The notes under the pieces were generated by a model. It was given only the letters and a program-made list of their open reading frames with translations, searched no databases and had not been told where the DNA came from. The position numbers were made by a program, and so were the translations under genes. DNA of 64,000 bases from contig NW_025963924.1 of assembly GCF_023055435.1 (NCBI RefSeq), positions 8,680,001-8,744,000 of the forward strand, given 5' to 3'. Shown piece by piece: positions 35,232 through 47,432 of this stretch. Origin of the DNA: Haliotis rufescens. Lineage: Eukaryota. How positions within the stretch are numbered: position 1 is the stretch's first letter; every line of letters starts with the position of its first letter.

Positions 35232-36977
35232 AACACAGCAGATATAACTCCTTGATTGAATATAGATATAGCCATATATTTATGGTGTGCCAAGGCAGTT
35301 TATATAGTGTTCAAATACATCACGATCTATACTGTGACACCTTCTTAAAATAAAGAGCTTTTTTACCACAGATGAAAGTGTTGTCGATCCCTGTCTATGT
35401 ATTAACTTGCAGCTTCTAATTCGGTGCATGTGTTTCCTTGTAGATTTGGTCCGCCACTATGCTTTTAGTGTTCGATACTGCACCAAACTGTAATACAGGT
35501 TACTTGCAATGAGAAAACACAGCTATTTATATATTATTTTTTTTATGAATTATGTTATGCATATTTGCGATATTATAACTATGAGTATTAATAATGTTTT
35601 AAATAAACTTTGTGTACAACTATTATTAAACAGATATTATTCTTCCATACAATGTATGCTGAGTTTATTATTTGTCCCTGGCGAAGGATGCAAAACAATC
35701 ATTGTAGTTCACACACATTGCAGATGATATCGTTCATTGTTGTTAGAAAATAAATACAAACAAAATCTGTAATTCTTCATGACAGCGGCTCTCATCCATT
35801 CAACACAAAAGAACCATTCACTGCATCCTACGCCTTTGTGTACGATCGAGTTATTCTGTAAACATAACACAACAGTTCAAAAACTAACTTTAAAATCTTA
35901 AGAACTGACCTTGAGGGAACCTGGAACTTTTGTACTAAACAGAAGTATTTCTGTGTGTGCTTCAATACATACACCCATTTTCACTGAAAGAAAGAACTAA
36001 ACAATTATATTTTTTGTCATTCTTTTGTAAAATCCGAGGCATAACTAATTTGTTTTAATTGAAATGAACTTTGACACACCCTTGTACCTTGGAGGTGTAG
36101 TTAAAGGTCAAAGGTCAAAGAGCAGCACCTGCTTCCGAGTGTGAAATCGGTTTGTCGCTTGGATTTTGATGAAAGAACCTGGAGTTCTCTTATTGCATAA
36201 ATAATAGTCAAAGTCTGTGACTCATACAAGTGTATTTTACGGTAGTTTCGCATGACTACATCCTGATCTAGAAACTGCGAAATAGATTTACAAAATATAA
36301 GAATAAGTATTTTAACCCGTTTGATGCTTCCTGCGACATGTTGTGGAGGGTGTCAACTAACATTCCCAAAACATTCGCCATCATGCTTCGAATATGAGGC
36401 AATATCCAAAAAAAATTCTGATTTGTGGAAAGGATATAACATTTATTAAAACGTTTTCAAAATCACACAAAAATAAGATCTCTTCTTGTGGAAATCCATG
36501 TGAAAATAATATACACGTCTTTCTTGAATGTCCCAAATACACTCGTCCCAGAAATATCATGTTCACTAACATTATAACAGCTGGAAGTACATGTACAATG
36601 CAAAATATTCTCTATGGTAATGAATCTCTAGCTGATAGTCACAATAATCACATTTTCAACAACATTCAAAAATATATACTGTCGACTTAAAGAATTATCA
36701 TAAATATATGATATTGCTCTGCGACCACTTACTATTTGTTACGACATAAGTGTAAAAACCTTATCTCTAAAAGTATTAATGACAGTGTATATTACGTTAT
36801 GTGGGCCGAGTGCAGGGGCTCCGGTACTCCAAGTATCCAATGCACGATGTTGATTACCGCCTGATGACGTCATTGTAGTCTGCCGGATCTTGCCCTGACC
36901 TGTGTTCTGTCAGCCTATGACGTTCAAACAGTCTGGCGATGGTTGCACGTGTACAGTTGAAGTTCTTGCAATCTGGG

Positions 36978-37125
36978 NNNNNNNNNNNNNNNNNNNNNNN
37001 NNNNNNNNNNNNNNNNNNNNNNNNNNNNNNNNNNNNNNNNNNNNNNNNNNNNNNNNNNNNNNNNNNNNNNNNNNNNNNNNNNNNNNNNNNNNNNNNNNNN
37101 NNNNNNNNNNNNNNNNNNNNNNNNN
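36978..37125. other. Assembly gap
   Basis: Run of N. Confidence 1.
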
Positions 37126-37582
37126 GTCTGTAGCGCCATGAGCATTAACTTGGTGAATGGTATCTGGCGCATTATAAATTGACTTATTATTACATGCACA
37201 TGTCACAACGATTGGATGTTTTATGAAACTGTAAAACTTTGACGTACAAGTCAAGCCTTGCAGTGTTTGTGGAGCAGTGTTAAGACATGTCTTAAATCGA
37301 TAACAACAAGGCTGATTGAATATGTAATGGTGACATACACTTTTCGTGAACACCTGATTTTCAGTGATCCATTCCCATAAGTTCCATAGCTATTTTGCAA
37401 CTTAGGCCCAATGTTTCGTCGGATAATCGAGACAGGTTTTTCTCTAGCGTTAACATTTGTATTTACATTATCTATGTGTGATAGATAAACAAGTAGGGAT
37501 CAGAAAATTCGTCAGAAAAAAAGATGAGCTCTGGAAATGATTGCAAGGGATAGAACACAGACACACACAGACACACGCAAAA

Positions 37583-37617
<35 letters not shown>

Positions 37618-38701
37618 TTTTCAGGGTTTAAAACCATTTCAAAGTATAACCAATCAAATGACAGTTAACCTAATTACTGCGCATCTTTATGCAAATACTA
37701 CGGAACACAATGACGCGTTGTCGCATTGTACCATTGTCGAGCTTCTAGTAGTTACTGCTTATTTTGAATATTTAAACAAAACATGATCTATGGTTAAAGA
37801 TGAATGCATCCAGTGAACCAACTTAGTCACAACAATTGCAAATGTGCATACATACGTCCATGAAGGAGCTATTTTTGTGAGTTAAAGGTCGTCGGTAAAC
37901 TGATTTTTAAAGTATTAAGTCCAATTAAGTGTACAGTAAACGAACTCTAAGGATTCATTAGTTTTAGTTTGTTATAAGCATATACACAGCATAACTAAAG
38001 CAAATAGTCGGAACAAAAAAGTAAGTTCGTTATATCCGTCAGTTCGTTATAAGCGTCTTCGTTATAAACGTAGTTTACTGTATATGATTCAAATATAGAC
38101 ATCGCAACAGTTTTGTAAAACTCCAGAGTGAGTATGGTTTAACGCTCCTCTTAACAGTATTTCAGTTATGGCATGTCAGCTAGATGAGGGAGGAAAGTCG
38201 AAAGTCATGTTGGTCCTAAACAAAAAACATAATCAGGACGAATCGGGAACACACGCTCATAGGGTTCTGGCATGTCGAATTCATCGATTTGAGAGAATGA
38301 GCGAGTTATAATTATTTATAATAATAATAATCCGTTTGTATGTTACTTTCTCCATCCTGAATATCATGCTCGAAGCACATTATTACCCCGGCCATTCTCA
38401 TCTCCAAGGGAAGTATATATACGACCAAAGCTGCCTGTGATGTGCTGAAAGGTAATCAGCCACATTGTCATATTAGAGGCTACCCGTTTACTGCTGGCTG
38501 AACAGTGGCATATTTCAAACAAAGTCACTTGCCCAAAGCCACACACCACATGCCCATGTGTTACGTGTGCTTCGGTTTTGGACAGGACCGAGGCCCTTGA
38601 CAGACAGACAGACAGACAGTTTATTCAGTAAGAAGGCCATAGGCCCATAATACAGACAATGTTTGATTGCATGAACTACGCATGCCAAGGAAGTAGTCGA
38701 T

Positions 38702-41700
38702 TTAAGTTTCTCTTAGCCGTTGGACTTTATATAGATATAAACATGTGTTATATACAACATCAAAGTTTTCTGATGAAATAATTTCAGTAAAAGATGTTAC
38801 AGTTTGAAACTTGATATACTGTTTAAGATACATATTTCTTAGGGCTGAATAACGCTCACATACAAGTAAAACATGAAATTCATCTTCAATAAAAGGTATA
38901 CCATTGTCTATACAATATTTACATAAGCGTTCAGTGTATGGGACATTTGTGTATCTCCCCAAGTCAATTGCAAGTTTAAACTTGCTACATCTGAAACGAG
39001 TCATACATATTCTCAGATGTACTGGTATGGGGAGTGTAAGATATTTTTCTACATTCAACAGGGATTTAAAATGTTTATAATAAAAAGTATCAGATATACT
39101 ATTGATAGAACTACACCATGATTGTTGAAGGTTATCAAATAATCTTTGCTTAAAAAGATGAATAAATACCTTCACATTGCCAACATCTTGTGTTAACCAT
39201 ACATATCCAAAACCTAATTTAAACAAAATATTCTTAATGTGAGTAGCCCATGTGGTGCGACCAGAATGGTCCAGTGATTTGAGCATTAAATAACATTGGC
39301 GAGGCAGTCTGCGCTCGTCCAAACGCAGTAGCCTGCACCAATACTTGATGGCCCTTGTGGTATACACAAGTTGGAGAGGGGCTCTTCCGCACTCTCCTAA
39401 AACCATTGCATTGTTTGTTGTTTTACCTGTATTTAGAAACCATTTACACATTTTGTTCTGTACATCTTCAATAATTTTACAATATGAGATGCCCCATATT
39501 TCTGCGCCGTAACAGACAATAGGCACAATCATAGCATCAAATATCTTAAATAAATCTTGACAGGGTATATTACCAACTTTCTTTTGATATCTATATAATG
39601 TCATAATGGCCTTGTTACTCTGTGCAGCAAGAGTATTTAGTGCCTTAGTCCAAACAAGTTTGGGCGTGAACACAATACCCAAATATCTATAAAACGACAC
39701 GGTTTCAATATATACACTATTAAATTTCCATTTTTCATAATGTCTAAGGGGTCCACCATTTCTGAATACCATAACTTTGGTTTTCTTCAAGTTTACCTTC
39801 ATGCCTGTGGTATTGCAAAAATGTTCCAAGGCATTGATCTTCTTTTGTAAATTTAATGGTTCATCAGCAATAGATGACACGTCATCAGCAAACATAAGTG
39901 CATATATTGCTGGGCAGTCTTTAGTAATAAAGACAGTTTGTCCTCCATAATTTTCCATAAAATTTACAAGTTTATTTATGAATATTAAAAACATCTGAGG
40001 GCTGAGGATGCATCCTTGACGGGTACCTATATTACACTTAAAGTATTTGGATAACCCAGTAGGTGTTCTAACACAGGCACACAGTTTATTGTACATTGAT
40101 GTAATAATAGACAGAAACTTTCCGCAGACACCAATATCAGCCAAACTCTGTAACAACATATTGTGATCAACATTATCAAAAGCTTTTGAGAAATCTACAA
40201 ATAAGCAGTAGAACCTTCCTTTCTTTTTACATGCATACTTTTGGATAATGGCCTGTAGTGAAAATATATGATCTGTCGTGGAATAGTTGGGTCTAAATCC
40301 AGCTTGAGATTCGTCAATGATATTGTTATCATCACACCACCTCTGTAGTCTAGCATTAAGAATAGATGTAAATACTTTGCATATGGTATCAATGAGTGAT
40401 ATACCTCTATAATTGTTGGCATCATTCATATCACCAGACTTGAACAGAGGACAGATGATACTTTTCCCCCACACATCTGGAAAGTTACCACTCTCAAAGA
40501 TTTTGTTAAATGTAACAACTAAAATTGGTGTAATTTGTTTCTCTGAAGACTTTAAAAATTCAGCAGCAATACCATCAGGCCCAGGGGATTTATTATTCCC
40601 AAGCTGTTTTATTTGACTTGATATTTCTTCTGCTAGAATAGGAATGTTAATTGTTAGATCATTATTGTCAGGGATATGGTACATACTGCTATCAAGTGCA
40701 AGATCCTGTCTAAAAAGAAGAGACATAAAATGGTTAGTCCATTGCTCAGTATTAATTGATTGAGTGACTGCATTAAATGGTTTACTATCCTTGAGCAGTT
40801 TCCAGAACAACTTTGGGTTGTCTCTTGCAGCTATCAGTTTTTCTCTCTGTGCTTCAAGAAATGAGTTTTTCTTTCTACTAAAAGCATTTTTAAACACTGA
40901 TCTTAAGTGTCTAAAAAGTGAAAAATCTTCCCCATGATCTCTGTGAGCTCTCAGGGCTTTGTATTTGTCATGTTTAATTAATTCAAGTTCATCATCCCAC
41001 CAGGGAGGCTGCTGATTTCTCCTGAAGTTAGAATTTAAACCATATACTTTTTTGGTGTGTTCTGCAGCTTCTTGATAATAACTGACTAAACAAGATACTG
41101 CTGTATTACAATTATTATTAGCTAGTTGTAAAATATAATCATAATGCTCTACTAATATACCCTCAAGCTTGTGCAAGAAGGTTTCTTTAGCACCTTCATT
41201 CCACACATATTTCTCCCAACTGCCTCCACCTTCCTTTTCCAGATTACAGTTGGAGTTACTCCTTGTATTACCTGGGGCTGGGGGTTGACTATATTTACCA
41301 GATGAGGTACCCTGAATATTGAGTGAGCAATATAAGGGGAAGTGATTGGAGTGATCCTGTGTACCAACCCCAAAGTTAGAGAAATATGGAAAGAGAGAAG
41401 AGGAGGCAATCATGTAATCCACAGCACTTGATCCATTATGAGTGAAACATGTGAATTCACCATTTGTATCATTAAACAATCTCCCATTCAATGTGTGAAT
41501 ACCAAAGGTCCTACACAATTCAACAAGTCTTTTGCCAAAATTATTATGTGTCACTGAGTCTCTGTTTTTTCTTGGCATATCAAATGTATCAGAGGGATAA
41601 TCATCAACATCTCTCTGAATAAAGTCAATATTGTCATCCGGGATATAGTCAAGGAAGTCCTTTGTCCTTGCATTAAGATCACCAGCAAGAAATATATGCT

Positions 41701-42172
41701 TGTGTGGGTGTTCCCCAACAATAATGTTCAAGTAGTTTTCAAGATGAGTAAATCCATCACTATCTATATTCTCATTAACTGGTGAATTTTCGGGTGAGAT
41801 ATAAGTAAATATCAAAACACAGTCAGAGTCCCATGATAAACTTGATGTTTTGAATAAAAGTACAACAGTATTTTCAAAATTATCATAAAGCCTACATAAC
41901 AGTCCACTATCTAGCCAATGAGAGCGTATCAAAACAGTGATACCACCACTATATAGCCCGAACGTGTGTGTCTTGGGACGGACACAGTTTAGCGCACGAA
42001 AACCTGACAAGAAGTCCGAGAATTCATCGGACCGTCTCACAAATGACTCACAAAACGCGATCAAGTCAAAATGTTCACAAAGACTTTTTACCTGAGATGT
42101 CGAGTTTTCATATTTTCGCAGTCCTTCTATATTCCACGAGAGAATATCAAATGTTGGGCCGTGGCCGTCACA
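38702..42172 (-). CDS. LINE ORF2: APE endonuclease, reverse transcriptase and C-terminal zinc-binding motif
   Basis: The frame stays open up to 42172 (CDGHGPTFDILSWNIEGL...). EN motifs SWNIEGL, GDLNAR, VDY, DHSNH. RT motifs KSPGPDGI, YRGISL, QAGFR, FVDFSKAFD, GTRQGCILSP, FADD, YLG. C-terminal CKYC..EDEFH..C. Confidence 0.93.
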   Translation of the reverse strand, partial: CDGHGPTFDILSWNIEGLRKYENSTSQVKSLCEHFDLIAFCESFVRRSDEFSDFLSGFRALNCVRPKTHTFGLYSGGITVLIRSHWLDSGLLCRLYDNFENTVVLLFKTSSLSWDSDCVLIFTYISPENSPVNENIDSDGFTHLENYLNIIVGEHPHKHIFLAGDLNARTKDFLDYIPDDNIDFIQRDVDDYPSDTFDMPRKNRDSVTHNNFGKRLVELCRTFGIHTLNGRLFNDTNGEFTCFTHNGSSAVDYMIASSSLFPYFSNFGVGTQDHSNHFPLYCSLNIQGTSSGKYSQPPAPGNTRSNSNCNLEKEGGGSWEKYVWNEGAKETFLHKLEGILVEHYDYILQLANNNCNTAVSCLVSYYQEAAEHTKKVYGLNSNFRRNQQPPWWDDELELIKHDKYKALRAHRDHGEDFSLFRHLRSVFKNAFSRKKNSFLEAQREKLIAARDNPKLFWKLLKDSKPFNAVTQSINTEQWTNHFMSLLFRQDLALDSSMYHIPDNNDLTINIPILAEEISSQIKQLGNNKSPGPDGIAAEFLKSSEKQITPILVVTFNKIFESGNFPDVWGKSIICPLFKSGDMNDANNYRGISLIDTICKVFTSILNARLQRWCDDNNIIDESQAGFRPNYSTTDHIFSLQAIIQKYACKKKGRFYCLFVDFSKAFDNVDHNMLLQSLADIGVCGKFLSIITSMYNKLCACVRTPTGLSKYFKCNIGTRQGCILSPQMFLIFINKLVNFMENYGGQTVFITKDCPAIYALMFADDVSSIADEPLNLQKKINALEHFCNTTGMKVNLKKTKVMVFRNGGPLRHYEKWKFNSVYIETVSFYRYLGIVFTPKLVWTKALNTLAAQSNKAIMTLYRYQKKVGNIPCQDLFKIFDAMIVPIVCYGAEIWGISYCKIIEDVQNKMCKWFLNTGKTTNNAMVLGECGRAPLQLVYTTRAIKYWCRLLRLDERRLPRQCYLMLKSLDHSGRTTWATHIKNILFKLGFGYVWLTQDVGNVKVFIHLFKQRLFDNLQQSWCSSINSISDTFYYKHFKSLLNVEKYLTLPIPVHLRICMTRFRCSKFKLAIDLGRYTNVPYTERLCKYCIDNGIPFIEDEFHVLLVCERYSALRNMYLKQYIKFQTVTSFTEIISSENFDVVYNTCLYLYKVQRLRET

Positions 42173-42813
42173 TCACTTACCAAAATTGTCAACATTGGGA
42201 GTTAACTCCCCTGAAGGAGGTGTGTCTCGGTTTGTGTTGCTTCCGGGTCCAAACAAATCACTCCATGAACGATCGCGAAAAGAGGGCCTTGCATCACGAT
42301 GCGTACCCCCACCTGTAGACACCTTCTTCACACACTTGTCTTGTCGGTCGTACATATATACCTGCCCTTCCACAATAAGCTTGTTAACACGTATCTTAGG
42401 TCGTTTCCCGCTGTCTCTGGCTTCTTGAAAGTAGGTAGACAGTGCGCGTCTATCCTCTCGTATTTTCTGTGGGAAATCCTCTGTTACACGTGATCGGTGA
42501 TTTCTATCTTGTTGTTCCCGTCCTCTCTTGAAAATATCACTCTTGTCTTTTGTCAGTAGGAATTTAGCTATGATAGGAGAATCACTTTTGCCAGGGTTGA
42601 GGCGGTGAGCACGAATAATAACAATATCATTTGCCTTCTCCATGTGTAACTCGTCGCGCAGAAACTCTCTCACGTTTGACTCGGACTGATCCCATGTTTC
42701 GCCCCTCTCTCCAGATATTCCATGGAATATTAAGTTGTTTCGCCGCTCACGACACTCTTGATCCTCGAGTTTTTCTTCCAAACTAGACAGAGAAAGTCTC
42801 AGTTGTGTATTTT
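42173..42813 (-). CDS. LINE ORF1, C-terminal part (coiled coil plus L1-ORF1/Tnp22-like region), 5'-truncated
   Basis: Motifs LEEKLEDQECRERRNNLIFHGI, IIRAHRL, PIIAKFL, VTEDFP..RE.RR.L. The track's first ~13 codons come from host flank. Confidence 0.85.
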
Positions 42814-44948
42814 CCTTGAAACTCTCAGGAACGAAGCAGCCGAACACAGTCACCCATCCACTTTACGATTCCGACTTTATTATAAACATGTGTTTATGAT
42901 GTACTATAAAATAGTGATGATGTCGTATCCTGATAGGTGAGTCTATCCTGCCCCTTCACAAGCACACGCAACAGTAAGTCAATTGTTCACCTGAACAAAC
43001 GCTGGAACATGTCACAAGTCAAAAAACGTCAATTCCAGCGGACATCTTGGCCACTGATGCGTCAAACTTGGAAATATCTCCCACATGTCTGCCATAAAAC
43101 ATGAGGGCAGAAGGCACGAAGTCGGCACAAGAGCCGATATTTGGCAGTTATATCTAATTATCTCAAATATATTTCAAGTCAGTTTTCAGTTCAGTTTTGC
43201 AAATGTCCTTGTGTTAAGGTGTAAGGTACAGTATACAATGAGAGTCAAAAATCAAACTATACTTCTGAACATACTCAGTGATATATCTCACACTCTACAG
43301 ACATATGTATGAAAATAACACCACAATGTCAGTGTGAACTGATGGCTGTAACAACACACTGAACGTTAACCCATCAGGGCTCAACACAACTTTCTCATTC
43401 ATATCAGGAATTATAAGCGCTACCTGGTAACATTTAACTATCTTAAAGAAAAACGCAAAACCCATCTTGTTGGTGGGAGATTTGACAATAGTCCCCTGCA
43501 GGCAACCACAGCTGTTGCCAATTGGAAGCGATTTTTATTTTTGCTTCAAACTACAAGGGTTAAGTAGTTCGAGATCGGACTACACTGACAGAAACAAGGA
43601 TGTTTAATTTGATTCCAATAGTCAAGTGAACGCGTCTGCATCATTTGGACGTCATTTGTGGTAAGTACAAATTAGTCTCTCATACAAACGCTGAAACAAG
43701 AAATATCCCAAAACACACAAGCAAACAATACTTTAGAAATCATAAATCGACACCCCAAACATTATTCTTCAGTAAAACATGTTTATGTGTAATCGTAGCT
43801 AAGTCGCCAGACAAATTATCAGTGATTTAGCGGGATCATTCCTGTTTGTAAATAAGTTGATTATGTACGCAATAGCAAAAGGCTTATCATTGTATTACCA
43901 GCTCATTAATTTATAATTATTGTTACTGTAATATTAAGGTTTTACCATTTTCATTTGTGAATGCCAATACTGTAAGGAAACGAGGGGTACGAGGTTAGAA
44001 TAGATCCCCAAGCAGCTTTTATGTCAGTCAGATGATACTCAGATGAATCGGCCGGTTAGTCACCGTACCCCGACCGTATATATTGTTGCTCATGATATCA
44101 ATTACTGACTTATCTGGTCCAGTTTCGATTATTTACAGTCCACCGTCATATAGCTGGAATATTGCTGAATGCGGCGTTAAACAAAACAAACGAGCACAAT
44201 TGTTACTAAACTTATTTGTATAGTAAATTGTGGTAAGCAGGATGCTCCATGCCTTGATTGAGTCTTTATATGATTTCAAATATGCCATCCATAATAGAGT
44301 TGAACCAGTTAGTTTGTGTTATAAACAGGTCAGATCTATTTATTTATGCTAAGTTCATTATGTGCACCAACCACGTTGTCTTTTAAAGTCTATGTTTGTT
44401 TACTCTTGCAAAAGTACCCGGGAAAATCTGTAACTGATCACGCTAAATGCTCCAGTTTTATCATGCAAAATGCTCCAACTCTATTGAGAAAGGCCAATGG
44501 AAACAACTTCATATAACTTTATTAATGACAGAATATATTTCCCAGTTATATGGTTCAAGCACAGGGGTATTGTATCTACATTCCACGTACTCAAAACTAC
44601 AAACTTCTCTTTAAAGGACTTCTGTTCCGACATACTATATCTGGGCATTTTCTTTAATCCAAGTTTATGCAAACATGATGTATTTCATTCCTTATGTTGG
44701 ACCATGGCGACCCATCAATGTAATTCGATGTAATTCACCTTCCTTAACTTGGCCATAATCCACAAGTAGATATTACCAGATAAGCAACGATTATGAATCT
44801 AGCTCAACAAACTGACAGTGGTTACATCTGAATTAAAACATCCCATCAACATATCTTTTCAGAACATATAAAACATCAACGTTAGAGAATGAACAGTTTC
44901 GAATTTCTGCCGAATCAGATTCCATAGGGCATCACAGCTACTACAACA

Positions 44949-47432
44949 ATGGCAAGTCTACAACCGTCACGGCTCATATTCAAATGTGTATGCTACATCC
45001 TACTGATAGCAATCGTTTATGGTCAGGGTTGTCCCCCTTGCAATTGTACCTACGACCATCATCAAGTATATGTGAACTGCTCCAACCGGAATCTTACAAG
45101 CGTTCCCAAGGGTTTACCAACATCAACCACAATGCTATTTCTCAATGGAAACAACATAAAGACAATAGGACCAAAAGCATTTTCAACAATGAGAAATCTT
45201 CAATATCTATATATTGAGAGAAACTCTCTTGTTAGCCTACATGAATTGGCCTTTCATGGTCTTGACAACCTCGTCAATCTGAGCTTAAAACTCAACGACC
45301 TCAAACTAAATTCAAAAACCTACAAAACCAATCTCTTCAAGCCACTACATAAACTTCAGGTTCTTAACATACAGTTCAATCAGATGACAACATGGCCTGG
45401 AGATGACAGTCAACGTATAGCCTACCCTGATGCCTCGTTTCAACATCTGTCTCGACTTACTCACCTTTACATCGATGGTCGTCCAACAGACTTTGGACCA
45501 GGATTTGCCAAACTTTTCAAGCTTTCTCTTCTCGCCTTCACGCCATACACTAACTATTGCAAACTGACTTTACAAAACTCAACCTTTATAAACGTACCCA
45601 ATGTGGAATATCTCTACATGACCTACTGCCAAATCAGAGAAGCAGAACCATTAACATTTTCTCCTTTTTATCGTATCCATACACTTGACGTGTCACAAAA
45701 TTGGGAATTGGGATTTCCTGAATTTGCTAAAGCAACGTATGGGCTCCGTGATTCCTCCATACAAATCCTGAAAATGAACGGTATTTCTCCATTATCTGGA
45801 TCTTGTTATCAACTGCGGAGAAACGATTTTGTTCACTTAAAGAATACCTCACTGCGGGAACTTCACATTTCTGGCAATGGACTCATTGACTTCGAAAAAG
45901 GAACCATTTTGAACTTACCTGAAACTCTACAGATGCTGGTGGCCAGATGGAATAGGTTTTACCTTGGTCAATACTTGTTGGAAATGTCTCAAGGAAAGTC
46001 ACTCCGAATTCTGGATATCTCACACATGAAAGGATTGGCGAGTAGAGACGTCAGACAAGATAACCCTTCCACTCATGTGTCAGTACCCAGTATGTTCCCT
46101 TTTCCACCAAACCTTCAAGTCTTAAAATTATCATTCTGTAGCCTGAAATTAAGCCTCACTGGTGATTATCTGATGAAAAACGATTTGAGAAGCATTACTC
46201 TGAATGGTAATTTGATTGATTGTGTTATGGGACAGACTCATGGTTTTGAAAACGTTGAACATTTTGATTTCTCAAACAATATCTTGGAGTGGCACGATTC
46301 AAGTTTCTATGGTATTGACAATCGTGTGAAATATCTCAACCTTTCCAGAAACTTTCTTGGAAATATGATAGATGAAGATGACAAGGGTAATACTTTCAGT
46401 CAACTGGTTAACTTGACAGATTTGGATATATCTCAAAACAGAATCAAATACTTACCAAAGGCTATTTTTAGAAATCTTACAAATATACAATATCTCAGAA
46501 TTAATAACAACAGTATAAGAACAATTGATGCTCAAATCAAACACTTGTCGCATCTTAAATTATTTGACGTAAGCCATAATGGCCTCCTCAAAATGCCTGT
46601 AAACATTCTTCAAGAACTGGACACATTATCACATGTTTCTGTCCGTCTGAGAGGAAACCCACTTACCTGCATATGCTCTTCCCTCGAATCCCTTCGCTGG
46701 ATGAACAGACTTGCTGATAACATCGAAGACATGGAATCAATTACGTGTATAATGAAAAATGGGAAGATCAACAATTTGAAAAACCTAGATTCCATAATTA
46801 TCAATTTGGATAAAGAATGCCGTTCAAGTGGTCTTACTACTGTCATGACAATGTCTATTCTCTTGATAATAATGGTCGGAATAGGATTAGGAGCAGGGTA
46901 TCGTCATAGGTGGAAACTGAAATACCTGTACTATGTCGGGAGAAGAAAGTATCGGGAACTGGAGAATACTGACCAAGATGACCAGGAGTACCAATATGAT
47001 GCCTTTGTGTCATATGCAGACACAGACAGATGCTTGGTTATAGAGGGAATGATATCGGAACTGGAAGACAAAGCTGGACTTCGATTGTGCATTCATCATC
47101 GGGACTTTCTTCCAGGGGAGGTTATTGCTTCAAACATTGTCAACGCAATACAGAACAGCCGCAAAACCTTGATTGTTTTGTCTCCCGCTTTCCTGAAGAG
47201 TCACTGGTGTGATTTTGAGTACAACATGGCGCGGATGGAGGGTGTCTCCAGGAGACAGAACATCGTGCTGGTGGTGCTGTATGAGCCTGTTGACATGAAG
47301 GATCTACCCAAGGACATGGCAGTCATGTTGTCCACCAACTGTTACTTGGAGTACAACACAGATGTGTATGGCAGTGTTGTATTCTGGAACAGTTTACGTG
47401 AATCTATTACCACTGTTAATAAAATCGACTGA
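44949..47432 (+). CDS. Toll-like receptor, copy 5
   Basis: 827 aa ORF, LRR-TM-TIR; closest to copy 4. Confidence 0.96.
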   Translation: MASLQPSRLIFKCVCYILLIAIVYGQGCPPCNCTYDHHQVYVNCSNRNLTSVPKGLPTSTTMLFLNGNNIKTIGPKAFSTMRNLQYLYIERNSLVSLHELAFHGLDNLVNLSLKLNDLKLNSKTYKTNLFKPLHKLQVLNIQFNQMTTWPGDDSQRIAYPDASFQHLSRLTHLYIDGRPTDFGPGFAKLFKLSLLAFTPYTNYCKLTLQNSTFINVPNVEYLYMTYCQIREAEPLTFSPFYRIHTLDVSQNWELGFPEFAKATYGLRDSSIQILKMNGISPLSGSCYQLRRNDFVHLKNTSLRELHISGNGLIDFEKGTILNLPETLQMLVARWNRFYLGQYLLEMSQGKSLRILDISHMKGLASRDVRQDNPSTHVSVPSMFPFPPNLQVLKLSFCSLKLSLTGDYLMKNDLRSITLNGNLIDCVMGQTHGFENVEHFDFSNNILEWHDSSFYGIDNRVKYLNLSRNFLGNMIDEDDKGNTFSQLVNLTDLDISQNRIKYLPKAIFRNLTNIQYLRINNNSIRTIDAQIKHLSHLKLFDVSHNGLLKMPVNILQELDTLSHVSVRLRGNPLTCICSSLESLRWMNRLADNIEDMESITCIMKNGKINNLKNLDSIIINLDKECRSSGLTTVMTMSILLIIMVGIGLGAGYRHRWKLKYLYYVGRRKYRELENTDQDDQEYQYDAFVSYADTDRCLVIEGMISELEDKAGLRLCIHHRDFLPGEVIASNIVNAIQNSRKTLIVLSPAFLKSHWCDFEYNMARMEGVSRRQNIVLVVLYEPVDMKDLPKDMAVMLSTNCYLEYNTDVYGSVVFWNSLRESITTVNKID

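Larger units (their letters stand above)
38601..42813 (-). mobile_element. 5'-truncated non-LTR retrotransposon (LINE; clade unresolved, CR1/L2-like features), recent insertion
   Basis: Partial ORF1 plus intact EN-RT ORF2. The 3' end is AATAAAC followed by a (TGTC)n tail at 38601-38619. Flanked by ccttga at 38595-38600 and 42814-42819. Empty paralogous sites near 9040, 20315 and 30845. Confidence 0.93.

Noticed and set aside
42814-42853. Host-LINE fusion ORF starting at 42853
   Set aside because: Non-ATG start in flanking DNA; a chance open frame across the 5' truncation junction.
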